From Eledone cirrhosa (taxonomy: Eukaryota): a stretch of 64,000 bases of DNA. Shown piece by piece: positions 1 through 13,887 of the stretch (positions are counted from its first letter, which is position 1; the number at the start of each line of letters is the position of its first letter). The translations under genes were made by a program, and so were the position numbers. The stretch is taken from contig OZ024743.1 in assembly GCA_964016885.1 (NCBI GenBank), positions 319,300,001-319,364,000 of the forward strand, in the 5' to 3' direction. The notes under the pieces are model-generated. The model searched no databases. It saw nothing but the letters and a program-made list of their open reading frames with translations, and was not told the origin of the DNA.

Positions 1-800
1 TGTTACTAGTAACAAGGAAGACAGTGGATTTGATATATGATACTTTTAGTCGATTGTTCGGGAAGTGGTTTGTAAATGGTTGGCGTAAATTTGGCGTAGT
101 TGTGCAGCTATGTATGAGAATTAGTAAGAGGAGGTACTCTAATGTCATCGACACATCAGGCTGTGTGTATGTTTCGTGCGAACGAGAGGAAATAAAATGG
201 AATGTGAGGGATATGATAGATTCTAGATGCTTTATTAATATTATAATTGTTGTTGTTGTACTCAACGTGGCTTTGTCAACATGTGAGATACTTCCCTAGG
301 CAGAAGTTTATAATGTTTTTCAGGAGGTGTTGAATGAGTTGTTTATAGTAGGTAGAGAAGGATGGAGTCAAAAGTATTGGTGGTAGGAATAATAAATAAA
401 ATAGTGCGTGTTAGAGGTTTTTCCTTGTTATTGATGTCAACTTGCATATTTTCTGTGAAGTTTCTTAGTTAATTGAATGTTGTAAAAAAATAGGGAAATC
501 CATTGGTTGAGGATATCTTAGAATAAACCTTTCTGGAACCTTTAAGCGCTTATGGAAGGGTAATAAATGGGTTTTGGGGATATCACTTCTATTGTGTTTT
601 GTAAAGATTGGGTATGGTTATAATTCTGCTCACTTTCCTGATGCTGAAAATTTAGCACTTTTAGTATGTTAAAGATGTTCGGTGATTGCAGCAATTCTTT
701 CAAACTATATGTATGTTAGTTAGGATTCATATTTTTATTTCATCTACATGGCTGTATTTCACGATTACCAGCTGTCAAATATAAATATATACATTTGTCA

Positions 801-990
801 AGGTGGATTGGCAGTATCGGTAGAGAGTCCGACGCCATGCTTTCCAGCATAGTTACGTCCCTTTACGGTCTGAGTTCAAATCCCGCCGAGGTTAACTTTG
901 CCTTTCATCCTTACGGGGTCGATAAAATAAAGTACCAGTAATGTACTGGGTATTTGCTGGCCTTGTGCCAAAAGTAGAAACAGTTATTAT
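801..990 (+). mobile_element. tRNA-derived SINE, family A (MetaSINE/MESC-like core), full length
   Basis: A box TGGCAGTATCGG, B box GAGTTCAAATCC, core TTTGCCTTTCATCCTTACGGGGTCGATAAAATAAAGTACCAG, tail GGCCTTGTGCCAAAAGTAGAAAC+TTA; more than 10 copies in the window. Confidence 0.85.
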
Positions 991-994
991 ATAG

Positions 995-1304
995 CAGAGG
1001 TTCTCAAAATGAGCGCTACCGCCCTCGGGGGCCACTGAGAAGGTCCAGGGGGCACTGGGGTCTAAGGGGAAGGGGGCGATAGAGATGATATAATAATATA
1101 TTAAATAGCAAATGATACATACATACTACATATAAATATAGTAAAATATAAAATACATAATATTTATTATATATAAATTAACGATTTAATCTATTATATA
1201 TTATTTACAATTTGCGTGTAGGCAGGTCTCTCTAGAGGATAGGAGCGCTGAGGGTGTTACGTGGCCATGAGAGGGCGGTGGCCCAAAAAGTTTGAGGACC
1301 TCTG
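995..1304. mobile_element. hAT (Charlie-like) MITE
   Basis: TIRs CAGAGGTTCTCAAA / TTTGAGGACCTCTG (1 mismatch); perfect 8-bp TSD TTATATAG at 987-994 and 1305-1312. Confidence 0.88.
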
Positions 1305-1560
1305 TTATATAGTGTCATAATGACCTTAATGATTTTATTTATTGTATGGTTGCTGGGAATTGTGTGGTTTCTCCATATTTTATGTTGTTTCCGCCGTTCG
1401 GTTAATTTAAAATTTATTTCAGTACATGAACACCATCTGAGAAGAAGACTATGTCGCCAATAAGGTGTGAATGACTTTAAAATTCCCCATTTAAGTCTGT
1501 TTATTCCTTCTTTATACCAGTTAAAAATTTTAAAGAGGTTTTTCAGTATTTCATCAGTTT

Positions 1561-4500
1561 ATAATATCACCAAAGACATATAGTGTTGAGACATGGCCTA
1601 TTATCTTAAGCATGGAATAAAGGCGTAGAACAACACAAAGGAACATGGAAATATATATATTAAAACTCACTAAAATGAACAGAAACTCTTCTCAATTGGT
1701 AGGATAGAAAACAAAAATATAAAACATCACAAAACATATTAAGAAGAGAAAATAAGCAGATGGGTTAGGTACACAAATACATGACATCAGATAGACAAAG
1801 ATATGTAGAGAATGGAGAATAAACGAATGATATCAGATAGACAAAGATATGTAGAGAATGGAGAATAAACAAATGATATCAGGATAGACAAAGATATGTA
1901 GAGAATGGAGAATAAACAAATGATATCAGATAGACAAAGATATGTAGAGAATGGAGAATAAACAAATGATATCAGATAGACAAAGATATGTAGAGAATGG
2001 AGAATAAACAAATGATATCAGATAGACAAAGATATATAGAGAATGGAGTATAAACAAATGATATCAGATAGACAAAGATATGTAGAGAATGGAGAATAAA
2101 TAAATGATATCAGATAGACAAAGATATGTAGAGAATGGAGAATAAGCAAATGCTATCAGATAGACAAAGATATGTAGAGAATGGAGAATAAACAAATGAT
2201 ATTAGATAGACAAATATGTGTAGAGAATGGAGAATAAACAAATGACATCAGATAGACAAAGATATGTAGAGAATGGAGAATAAACAAATGACATCAGATA
2301 GACAAAGATATGTAGAGAATGGAGAATAAACAAATTACATCAGATAGACAAAGATATGTAGAGAATGGAGAATAAAGAGATGACATCAGATAAACAAAGA
2401 TATGTAGAGAATGGAGAATCAACAAATGATATGAGATAGACAAAGATATGTAGAGAATGGAGAATAAACAAATGATATCAGATAGACAAAGATATGTAGA
2501 GAATGGAGAATCAACAAATGATATCAGATAGACAAAGATATGTAGAGAATGGAGAATCAACAAATGATATCAGATAGACAAAGATATGTAGAGAATGGAG
2601 AATAAACAAATTACATCAGATAGACAAATATGTGTAGAGAATGGAGAATAAACAAATGACATCAGATAGACAAAGATATGTAGAGAATGGAGAATAAACA
2701 AATTACATCAGATAAACAAAGATATGTAGAGAATGGAGAATAAACAAATGATATCAGATAGACAAAGATATGTAGAGAATGGAGAATCAACAAATGATAT
2801 CAGATAGACAAAGATATGTAGAGAATGGAGAATAAACAAATGACATCAGATAGACAAAGATATGTAGAGAATGGAGAATAAACAAATTACATCAGATAGA
2901 CAAAGATATGTAGAGAATGGAGAATAAACAAATGACATCATATAAACAAAGATATGTAGAGAATGGAGAATAAACAAATGATATCAGATAGACAAAGATA
3001 TGTAGAGAATGGAGAATAAGCAAATGCTATCAGATAGACAAAGATATGTAGAGAATGGAGAATAAACAAATGATATTAGATAGACAAATATACGTAGAGA
3101 ATGGAGTACAAACAAATGATATCAGATAGACAAAGATATGAAGAGAATGGAGAATCAACAAATGATATCAGATAGACAAAGATATGTAGAGAATGGAGAA
3201 TAAACAAATTACATCAGATAGACAAAGATGTGCAGAGAATGGAGAATAAGCAAATGATATCAGATAGACAAAGATGTGTAGAGAATGGAGAATAAACAAA
3301 TGACATCATATAGATAAAGATGTGTAGAGAATGGAGAATAAACAAATGACATCAGATAGACAAAGATGTGTAGAGAATGGAGAATAAACAAATGACATCA
3401 TATAGATAAAGATATGTAGAGAATGGAGAATAAACAAATGATATCAGATAGACAAATATGTGTAGAGAATGGAGAATAAACAAATGACATCAGATAGACA
3501 AAGATATGTAGAGAATGGAGACTAAACAAATGACATCAGATAGACAAAGATATGTAGAGAATGGAGAATAAAGAGATGACATCAGATAAACAAAGATATG
3601 TAGAGAATGGAGAATCAACAAATGATATGAGATAGACAAAGATATGTAGAGAATGGAGAATAAACAAATGATATCAGATAGACAAAGATATGTAGAGAAT
3701 GGAGAATCAACAAATGATATCAGATAGACAAAGATATGTAGAGAATGGAGAATCAACAAATGATATCAGATAGACAAAGATATGTAGAGAATGGAGAATA
3801 AACAAATTACATCAGATAGACAAATATGTGTAGAGAATGGAGAATAAACAAATGACATCAGATAGACAAAGATATGTAGAGAATGGAGAATAAACAAATT
3901 ACATCAGATAGACAAATATGTGTAGAGAATGGAGAATAAACAAATGATATCAGATAGACAAAGATATGTAGAGAATGGAGAATAAACAAATGACATCAGA
4001 TAAACAAAGATATGTAGAGAATGGAGAATAAACAAATGATATCAGATAGACAAAGATATGTAGAGAATGGAGAATCAACAAATGATATCAGATAGACAAA
4101 GATATGTAGAGAATGGAAAATAAACAAATGACATCAGATAGACAAAGATATGTAGAGAATGGAGAATAAACAATTTACATCAGATAGACAAAGATATGTA
4201 GAGAATGGAGAATAAACAAATGACATCATATAGACAAAGATATGTAGAGAATGGAGAATAAACAAATGATATCAGATAGACAAAGATATGTAGAGAATGG
4301 AGAAGAAGCAAATGACATCAGATAGACAAAGATATGTAGAGAATGGAGAATAAACAGATGACATCAGATAAACAAAGATATGTAGAGAATGGAGAATAAA
4401 CAAATGATATCAGATAGACAAAGATATGTAGAGAATGGAGAATCAACAAATGATATCAGATAGACAAAGATATGTAGAGAATGGAGAATAAACAAATGAC

Positions 4501-5075
4501 ATCATATAGACAAAGATGTGTAGAGAATGGAGAATCAACAAATGATATCAGATAGACAAAGATATGTAGAGAATGGAGAATAAACAAATGACATCATATA
4601 GACAAAGATGTGTAGAGAATGGAGAATAAACAAATGATATCAGATAGACAAAGATGTGTAGAGAATGGAGAATAAACAAATGACATCAGATAGACAAAGA
4701 TATGTAGAGAATGGAGAATAAACAAATGACATCAGATAAACAAAGATGTGTAGAGAATGGAGAATAAACAAATGATATCAGATAGACAAAGATATGTAGA
4801 GAATGGAGAATAAACAAATGATATCAGATAGACAAAGATATGTAGAGAATGGAGAATAAACAAATGATATCAGATAGACAAAGATGTGTAGAGAATGGAG
4901 AATAAAAGTGTGATAGGTTCAAATAACGGAGGAAAACAGAGAGTGAGATAGAGAGATGAGATCGATAAGTTCATGGGCGTTACATGGATGAAAGTGGCAC
5001 AGGATGGGATCAATAGACACCGGCTTCAAGAGGCCTTCGATTTGCAGTGAATAGATTATGGCTGAAAATGGTGGT
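1561..5075 (+). mobile_element. Degraded RTE-clade LINE 3' portion, split by a satellite
   Basis: Translates as TYSVETWPIILSME*RRRTTQRNME before the array and as DEIDKFMGVTWMKVAQD...EAFDLQ* after it; typical RTE C-terminal motifs. Confidence 0.75.
1786..4905 (+). repeat. 46-bp tandem satellite, ~68 copies
   Basis: Unit ATCAGATAGACAAAGATATGTAGAGAATGGAGAATAAACAAATGAT (starts at 1925 and 1971); variant block repeated at 1196 bp = 26 units. Confidence 0.97.
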
Positions 5076-5103
5076 GATGGTGATTGTTGATACTATTATT
5101 ATT

Positions 5104-5369
5104 AACTTTGCCTTTCATCCTTACGGGGTCGATAAAATAAAGTACCAGTCACACACTGGGTAATTGATGGCCTTGTTCCAAAAGTAGAAACAATTATCAT
5201 TATTATTATTAATATTATTAAGGCGGTGGAATGGCGGAATCGGTAGAGCTTCGGGCATCATGATTCGTGGCATAGAGTTACGACCCTTTCTGAATTCAAA
5301 TTCCGCCGAGGTTAGCTTTCCCTTTCATCCTTACGGGGTCGATAAAATAAAGTACCAGTAATGTACTGG
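5104..5369 (+). mobile_element. Two tandem family A SINE copies (5'-truncated + 3'-truncated) separated by (TTA)n
   Basis: Core motif twice; A/B boxes in second copy; ATT repeats before each copy. Confidence 0.8.
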
Positions 5370-7139
5370 TTTTCCTTAATTTTCGTTGGTATTTGCATGT
5401 TTTGTTTCTTATCACTAACTTGTACATACTGTTTTGTTGTTGGTGTTTTCCCTATGTTTTACTGCTACTATAGTTGTATAATCACGATTGTATCTTTGAC
5501 GTTGCATTGAATACTTCAATTACTTTATTGGTTATTTGCACTACATTATCTTTCTTTCTTCATAAATGTTTCATTGACCTCTGGAGAATGTAGATGCTTC
5601 TAGATGGAAATGGTTCCACCGTATCTGGGCGTTTATTGTGCTATATAAAAATAGTCACAATGTATCTGGTGAAGAGTTATTGCAGATTGTTCAGTGAGAT
5701 ATGTAGATTTAGGTTAGTTAGAATGTAAAGAGATTTTAATTGACAAAATGCTGTGTTTCATCTTATTTTATTCGTATTTTTGTTTATTGATATCAAGATG
5801 AAAACATATATCTAATCCCACAGCAAGATGTTATGCACCGTTTTAAGCAGTGTTAATCATGTACAACTGTCGAATGTATTGTTGAAAAACAATACACCCA
5901 GTACATGCAGTTTATGCAACGCTTGTAGTATTGGGTTAAAGGTTTCTGAAGTCTTGGACCATAATGGAGATACTAACGAGGTTGATCTTCCCCACATGAT
6001 ATCCCTAAATATTAGAACTGTGGTGTCAATGAAGACCGAATCACTGAATATTCCCGTACTTTTCCCCATCCCGCCCCCAAAAAGCGGAAAGGAAAAGAAC
6101 CAATTGTCAGATCAGACCAAGAAAAGTATGTTACCAATGGTAATACGGCACCCCTACGACTCCCTTAGGAGTTACGGGCCATGCATGTATTTGTAGCGAG
6201 TCTGATAGTCATAACTGTGTTTTTGTCGTTCATGTGTCATAAGGCCGTTTCCGTCGTATGTTTAATCATTGTATCATGGTGCTATTGAACGACAAGCCTA
6301 GGTTGTCATACGTCAATTACAGAATGATTTGATGTCTCTGTTCATAGAAGTAGTCGTGCGTTAATGAGTGAAGAACGTTTGAAAGTGGAAGATTAAGTAT
6401 GAAGGGAGGATTGTATCATTTGCGTAGGAGAGTGAATGTGTGTATGTGTATACGTAGGAGAGTGAATGTGCGTATGTGTATACATAGGAGAGTGAATGTG
6501 CGTATGTGTATACGTGTTTGTAAGACTGATCGTGATAAATAGATCTGAAAAAAAAAATGAATTTTTCACCTCAGCTTAAGTGTGCATATTTCGATTATAA
6601 TATCATTGTAAACCACCTCATTTCTTCATCTCTTTCAGTTTGACATCCCATAAAAACAGAACTATCATTGAATAAACAACAGACACATGTCAAAGCAAGG
6701 TTAATGTTAGCAACCAATTGTTTATAAAAAAAAAAAAGAAAACTGTTCAGCTTTGCTTCTGTAGGCATGGAAAGGAATTCCGAGTGGCGCCTCGTAGACA
6801 GCAGCCGAATGTAAGCAGTAAAAACCCGCCATAATACGTTTATATAACACCGATCTTTACCTAAATGACTATGTTATTATTATTTGTTTTCATCAACGTT
6901 TTTATCGTCTTTATTATCATTATTATCATCATTATTAAGGTAATCATTAGATATTTCGTAATTACGTATGAAGTATGGCAACTTAGAATTATGAGGTTTG
7001 AGGTAGGTAAAAGTGAAAGCTGTATGTAGTAATGTTTGTTCATACGTTTTATTTTTCACCTCAGACTATTTACATAATGAGTGAAACATTCAAATGAGTA
7101 AACCGATTCACATATGAATTTCCAGCTGTCACACAATAA

Positions 7140-7356
7140 CACCATCACCATCACCACCACCACCACCAACAACAACACCATCGCTATTACGATGACAACG
7201 ACGACGACCACCACCACCATCACTACGACCACAATAACCACCACCATAACCAGAACCACTGTCACAACCACCACCATTACCACCATCACCACCACACTAT
7301 CACCATTACCGCCGCCCAATCCCCCATCACTACCACCACAACCGATAACAACAACA
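7140..7356 (+). repeat. (ACC/ACA)n low-complexity trinucleotide tract
   Basis: Direct reading; source of spurious poly-Thr/poly-Val ORFs. Confidence 0.9.
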
Positions 7357-7664
7357 TAGGGTAACCTCAATTAAGTGTTTGTTCAACCTGCTAGATGTAG
7401 CAGACAAATCTCCCTCAAATCACACACTACTGTTTTAAAAAGAGAAGACATTAAATAATGTATTTATGAATAAACAATAGTATGAAATGACCACGGCTGG
7501 AATGCTTTGGATAATATGCTTTGGATAATATACCAACTTTCTAATAAGACACACTGTCTATGAATTTCAATTAGTTAAATAATCATGTTTTACAATTACT
7601 TAAAATAATCCAAAAATTTGGAAAGGATTTTGTAAAGGATTTAGCAACCGCTCCGATAATAATT

Positions 7665-7880
7665 ATTTCTGAATTAGGCTCAAGGTCAACAATTTTGAAG
7701 GGAGGTGAAAGTCGATTGAATCGACCCCAGTGCCTTATTAGTGCTTTATTCATCGACCCTGTAAGGGTGAATGGCAAAGATAACCGCGACAGGATTTGAA
7801 CTCAGAACGCAAAGGGTTGTAATTATATGCCACAAAGCATGTTGTCTGACGCTCTACTGACTACTGATAATCCATCGCCT
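7665..7880 (-). mobile_element. Family A SINE
   Basis: Reverse-complement B box GGATTTGAACTC, core ATCGACCCTGTAAGGGTGAATGGCAAAG, tail next to ATAAT repeats. Confidence 0.75.
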
Positions 7881-8164
7881 TTTGCTAAGAAATAATAAAC
7901 GTGATATTCACCGAATAATCAATTGAAAACCTAAATACTAAATGAAGAAAATATCTCAATGAATGAAATAAAAATAAGAGTACGTGGATTACACTTTGTA
8001 TCTAAGTTTGGTGCTAAATTTACTTCTAACTCTTTGCTTTAATGTAGTATAGGGCAACATTATGAGACTAAGAGCACGATGTGGAGACAAGAGCAGGAAA
8101 AGCACGGGTGGCTCTTAACTCCCTAGCAAAGGTATGAGTGTCTCCGATCAAAAAAATTACGAAA

Positions 8165-8600
8165 AGTAAGCTATTCAAAGCAACGGTTGAGTCTATTCTC
8201 CTCTACGGTTGTGTGCCATGGACACTAACAAAATACTGACAAATTGGGTTAATGAAACATTCACGCGAATGCTGAGAAAGGTCCAGAACGTGTCCTGGAG
8301 ATCATACATATCCAATAAATCGCACTACGGCTCACACCTTCACCTTTCTGACATCATCCGGCGTAGAAGATTTGCATTAGCCAGACATGTGAAACGCCAC
8401 AATGAACCTGCTGGCAGAGTTCTTTTCTGAAAACCTGATGTGCGCAGACGAGTTGGAAGACTAACCACTACACTGAAGTATATTCTTGAAGACGATCCCG
8501 GGCCGGAAGAAGGGGAAATTCAAACGGCAATGCTGGACTGGGTGAGCTGGAGGAGGAACTTAATCATGGCACCGGTCACGGATGTATTACCTCCGTGGAT
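8165..8600 (+). mobile_element. RTE-like LINE 3' fragment
   Basis: LFKATVESILLYGC; FTRMLRKVQNVSWR; IIRRRRFALARHVKR; RRVGRL...AMLDWVSWRR. Confidence 0.8.
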
Positions 8601-8984
8601 GATCATGGACGGGCAATCGAATATCTGATTTATATCATTTACGGGAGTATTGTTTGCATGTGTAAAGGTTTAATGTTACATCTATGAGATTTATTATCTT
8701 TAAGTTTTTATATGTAATACATTTTGAATCAAATATTTAAAATTGCTCAGTAGTTCCTTTCTGAGATTTCCATGTCAAGTTCCTTGGTTTATTGTTTCTG
8801 TAAATTTCCGTATTTGTGGATCAGATTAGATATAAAATATCAGTTCCATCGTAACTGCTAATATATACATAAAAAAATTATTTCCGTGTTTGTCAGCCCA
8901 GATGAGTTTGTAATAAAATAATAATGATTTCCTTGCATTTATTTAAATATTGAGATCTAAGTTGGTTTTTCAAAATTTCCGTTT

Positions 8985-9255
8985 CGGCTCTGTCTCTCAG
9001 ATCAAATTCCGCCATGGTCAATTTTGCGTTTCATTCATTCAAGGTTGATAAAAAGTACCGGTCTAGTACTGGGGTCAATTCTTCCACTGTGTCTATTTCT
9101 CATTTCAATTTTTTCCCTCTCTATCCAGCTCTGGAAGAAATCTGCTGTGTTCAGATAGGGAGAGGAGATGGGCTCCGCCAGGTTTAAGACATGCACTAGA
9201 TCCGCTGTATGTCAATACGGTGCACATACGACTCCCTTAGGAGTTACTGGTCCAT
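8985..9255 (+). mobile_element. Family A SINE variant with alternative 3' tail
   Basis: Degenerate core, CT-rich spacer, then CTGTGTTCAG...GGGCTCCGCCAGGTTT...ACGACTCCCTTAGGAGTTAC; homologues at 12195-12487 (+) and 14621-14812 (-). Confidence 0.65.
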
Positions 9256-9412
9256 ACATACTCTATAATATCAAACGGGGGACCAGAAGAACTGTTGGTA
9301 GAGGTCTAAACTGCCAAAGTCCACCTAATTACCTTGGATTTCAGTGTCCTTCGTTTGTATTTTTATTTCTTAAAAATAATTTTTCAAAGTTTCCCCTTAA
9401 AAGATGTATGCA

Positions 9413-9495
<83 letters not shown>

Positions 9496-10124
9496 AACTA
9501 TGTGTGTGTGTCCTTGTGTTTATGTGTGCGTGTGTATGTGAGTGTACTTTTATGTGCGTGTGTATGTCTGTGTGCCTGTGTGTTCGTGTGCATATGTTTG
9601 TGTTATCATCTAGGTTTACCTCTCTTTACATCCTAATGTCACGCATCATGCCACTTGTAAAAGGTTTCTTAGACTTATGATTAGGAGAGGGACAATTTTC
9701 ATTTTTTTTTTCCCAACATCAGACAAACTATTATAATAAAAGCGTCATAAAAACGGATCAAAAATTTATTGTACTGAGAAAAAAGAAAAGAAAAGTAAAT
9801 GTTACTGCGTTTTAGTTTTAAATCGCAAGTGGATAAATCAAAGTAAACACCAAGTTATTTTATGCATCTATTTTAAGAAACAACCGAAAGTTATTTCAAG
9901 ACGAACCATGGCAATAGAAGAAATATTAAGGTGATGAGTGTGTGAATGAGACAATATTATCTTTTAGTAATAGGCTTTAGTAACCTACATAATATACTCG
10001 CTTTACATATATCATGCTGTGAAGACGAGCTCAAAACGTAACTCCCGTACGTAGTCATACGACCATTACAAGCATCTACGAGTGAAATTTCGTAGACGGA
10101 AACTGGAGAAGCCCGTCGTATATA

Positions 10125-10185
<61 letters not shown>

Positions 10186-10591
10186 TTATATATATATATA
10201 ATGTGTGTGTTTGTGCATGTATGCATGCATATATATATGTATATTACATACAAACAGTGTAGTGCAAGTTGGTAAAGGATATCCAAATGTTGGAAGAGTA
10301 CTCATTCTATGAGACAAGGTGAGATATACAGATATTTATTACACTAACTATGGTGTATTCTAGGTACAAATATTTTATCTGGTGCCTCTTTGAGATACGA
10401 TTTCTGAATTAAGGTCTGATTCAGAAATATCTCATAGATGCACTCAATGAAACAGTGTAGTTAAGTGTAATAAATACTTGTATGTATGTTTGTATATATA
10501 TATATATATATATACATATATATATAATAGTAGAACACTGGTGAGTTATATCCGTAGTAGTAGGAGTAGTAGTATATATATATATATATAC

Positions 10592-11364
10592 ATATTGTTA
10601 TATTTTGGGAGGGTCATGTTGCCAATAAGAAACACACGCACCAGTTGCTTTCACTTCAATTTATTATAATAAATTTATAAATTTAGGATTTATAAATTTC
10701 CGGTTGGCTGGTTGGTTCCACAACCAGATGATTGTTTATATATTGTCAAAGTTCTTTTGTCACACATTCTGTGACCTCTTCAGTGACTGGGGATTATTTT
10801 CTTTGTTTTTGTGCCTCTCCTTTGCTCTGTCCTACGCCATCTTGTTTTTGTGTGTGTTGTGTGCTTAGTTTGCGCATGTGTTACATCCGGGTGTCTGTGT
10901 GTGTTTATATTTGTTTATTTATTTGTTTATTTACATGTTACTGGTTGGTTGTTTGTTCTATGTGCGTGTGTGTTTTCATTTTGTCCTTAATTGTAAGTTG
11001 TGATGTTGCTGTTCCATTCATGTTTTCTATTTAGTTTTGGTTGGAGTTCATTTATGTTTATTGCTTCTGTGATTTGTCTAAACATTGCGTCTTTAGACGC
11101 AATGTTTAGACAAGATGGCGTAGGACAGAACAAAGGAGAGGCACAAAAAGAAAGAAAAGAATCCCCAGTCACTGAAGAGGTCACATAATGTGTGACGAAA
11201 GAACTTTGACAATATATAAACAATCATCTGGTTGTGGAACCAACCAACCAACCGGAAATTTATAAATTCATAAATTCATAAATTTATTATAATAAATTGA
11301 AGTGAAAGCAACTGGTGCGTGTGTTTCTTATTGGCAACATGACCCTCCCAAAGTATAACAATAT
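10592..11364. repeat. Fold-back element, ~254-bp inverted arms (10592-10845 / 11110-11364), probably Penelope-derived
   Basis: Arms are near-identical reverse complements; 19-bp perfect hairpin at 11074-11113; ~40-bp direct repeat outside (10521-10562, 11438-11479). Confidence 0.85.
11168..11210 (+). ncRNA. Minimal type I hammerhead ribozyme motif
   Basis: GTCA-CTGAAGA-g-GTCACA taatg TGTGAC-GAAA-gaac-TT-TGAC; the opposite-arm copy (10745-10787, minus) has GAAA changed to AAAA. Confidence 0.65.
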
Positions 11365-11537
11365 CGCTTTCAACACACGTTTTCAGATACAGAATCTTGC
11401 TAAACAAATTCAGAAACGATATATATATACATATATATATATAATAGTAGAACACTGGTGAGTTATATCCGTAGTAGTAAAGCACTCAGTCCATGGGACG
11501 AGTAGTTCCACAACAGTTAGAGTTCACTATACCGAGA

Positions 11538-11587
<50 letters not shown>

Positions 11588-11864
11588 CTATGTGTACATC
11601 TATGTCAGTGTTTATGACCCATAACCTAGCCAACAAAAAATATATCGATAAAATAAGTAGCAGAACTGAAAAGAATAAGCACTGGTGTCAATGTAACCAA
11701 TAAAAAAATAATAAAATAAAAGTATATGAATAAAGAAGTCTCATTCGTAGAATGAGAGTGCTGAACAATTTCTATTGCAGTGATAAAGAATGGTACTTGA
11801 AGAAATTATTTGGTGCCATCAGGCATTTTACTCCATATAGAAACTGTTCAACATTGAACAATAT

Positions 11865-12080
11865 ATTGATTTCTAATTTAAGCACAAGGCTAACAAGTTT
11901 GAGAAGGGAAAAGTTGATTAAACCAACCCCAGTACTTCAATGGTACTTTATATTATCGATCCTAGAAGGATGAAAGGAAAAGTTGACCTTGGCCGGATTA
12001 GAACTCAAAGTGCAGACAGCTAGAAGGAATACTGCAAAACATTCTATACGACGTGTAATTACTCTGCCAATCACCGCCCT
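11865..12080 (-). mobile_element. Family A SINE
   Basis: Reverse-complement core GGTACTTTATATTATCGATCCTAGAAGGATGAAAGG and tail TTTCTAATTTAAGCACAAGGC. Confidence 0.75.
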
Positions 12081-12701
12081 TATAAGAAAACATATATTAA
12101 TCCCTATATGCAACCATCGATATTGTATGGAAGAATATATATAAAGGTCTTCTGACAACAGCAACGTTTATTTTTATCATTTCTATAGTGATTAATTGGC
12201 AGAGGCTTTAGACTGTCAGGTTGAAGGGTTATCGATATTCGCTCCAGCTCTCTGAGCTGAAATCCCACAGAAATCAATCTTCTCTTTCATCCTTTCGAGG
12301 TCAATAAAACAATTTACCAGTTATGTACTGGAGTCGATTCTTCTTTCATATCTCTTTCTTACTTCCCTTCTCTCTTTGTAAAATATCGACTGTGTTCAGA
12401 TCTAGATAGGGCTGGGCTTTGCCAGATTTAAAACGCCCAAAATGTCACAACGGCGTCTCTACGACTCCATTAGGAGTTACGGGTCCATGGATGAATAACC
12501 AATCCTATAGCGGTAAATTATGTAATTATACAATTTCACATGAAGGTACAACGTGGCGCTGTTTACACAAATGTTTGCCGTTTATATGTAAAACAGTGGA
12601 GCGTTTACATAACAAACCGCAACGAAAAGTCTAAAAGAAACTACAAAAATATAAATAAACAAAACATACTTATGAAACGTAGAAGGAAATTATATAGAGT
12701 A

Positions 12702-13763
12702 CTAGCAGCAGGACCCGGCGTTGCACGGGATAGGAAACGTGAAATAGCAACAGGCATATGCAAATATTGAGGAATGTAGCTGGGTACTTTTTGAATTCCC
12801 TTATTCCCAGGGAATGATTGTTCATCTACTGGAAACGTAGAACACCAGCAGGCCTGAATCGTGAATCATCTGCATGCATGTGCAAAATCTGAAGAAAATC
12901 AGCTGGATACTCTTTAAGCGTACTAAATCTTAGAGTATGATTTTTCTTCCATTGGATAAAATCGGTTAGGTACTTTTTGTGTTTTATAGATTCGCATCCA
13001 GTCATCCGGACAGACATCATCAGTTATGTCTATGTGCGACAAAAGGGGTCACCACGGAATTAGCACAACCGCTGTTCTGCGTACTTGCGCAGGGCGTTCA
13101 TACTGCGGTGTAGGTGCAACAAAAGGGGTCTTAGTAGAAGTAGCATACGGTGTCAATAACACGGCAACGTTCACAGGACCCGGATTTGCATGTGATGAAA
13201 ACACGAAACGTCAACAGGGCGCCGACAAACATTTTAAGGTCCTCCTCATTTCCTCAATCCCCCGAAAATGGTCCTGCTTAAAAGTAAGTAAGTGTTGTGT
13301 CCTCTGTTAAACAAACCAAATTTTTAACGAAATATTATATGCTACTTATGATGTTTAAGTAGCATTTATATTGAAAATAAAAATGGCATGTAATGCCCAA
13401 TGCTAATTCGTAAATTTCCTAGAATCATTAATGGAATCAAATTTTTTTTGTTCACAGCAATGTGAGGGGGACTAACTAATGTGTGCTGCAAATTTCGAGG
13501 AAATCGGCTGGATTATCTTTAAGTTACGCCTCAAAAAAGCCTAAAAATGCCTTTAAAATGTGGTGTTTCGCCTAATGCGGGCCCTAGGGCCGAAACATTT
13601 AAAATTTGCCCATTGCACTTCAAGAACGCATGTGTAAAGTTTGAAAAATATCGGTCTGGTATTTCTCGAGTTTTAGGGATTTACACAGACGGACACACAC
13701 ACAGACAGAGAGACAGGCTCACAGACAGACATACAGACATTCTCTGTTTTATATATATAGAGA
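12702..13763 (-). mobile_element. Non-autonomous Helitron
   Basis: Minus strand starts TC(TCTATATATATAAAA), ends with GC hairpin CCCGTGCAACGCCGGG then CTAG; inserted between A and T. Confidence 0.8.
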
Positions 13764-13887
13764 TTGTATGAAAAAACATAAATATTAATTTTTTTTTTAT
13801 ATATATAATGAAAAGTTAAAGTAAAAATAAGCAGGGTTCCGGGCCAGTGAAAAACATCTATGGAGATGCTTGACTAAATAGAAATAA

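Noticed and set aside
1-700. Possible degraded Penelope RT on the minus strand (HSCTTTPNLRQ, YYPSIS-like)
   Set aside because: Too decayed to support by eye; needs tBLASTn/HMM. The same applies to ~23450-23750
1787-3759. Hydrophobic minus-strand ORFs in the 46-bp array; CRISPR-like appearance
   Set aside because: Translations of satellite DNA; units are contiguous with no unique spacers and no cas genes
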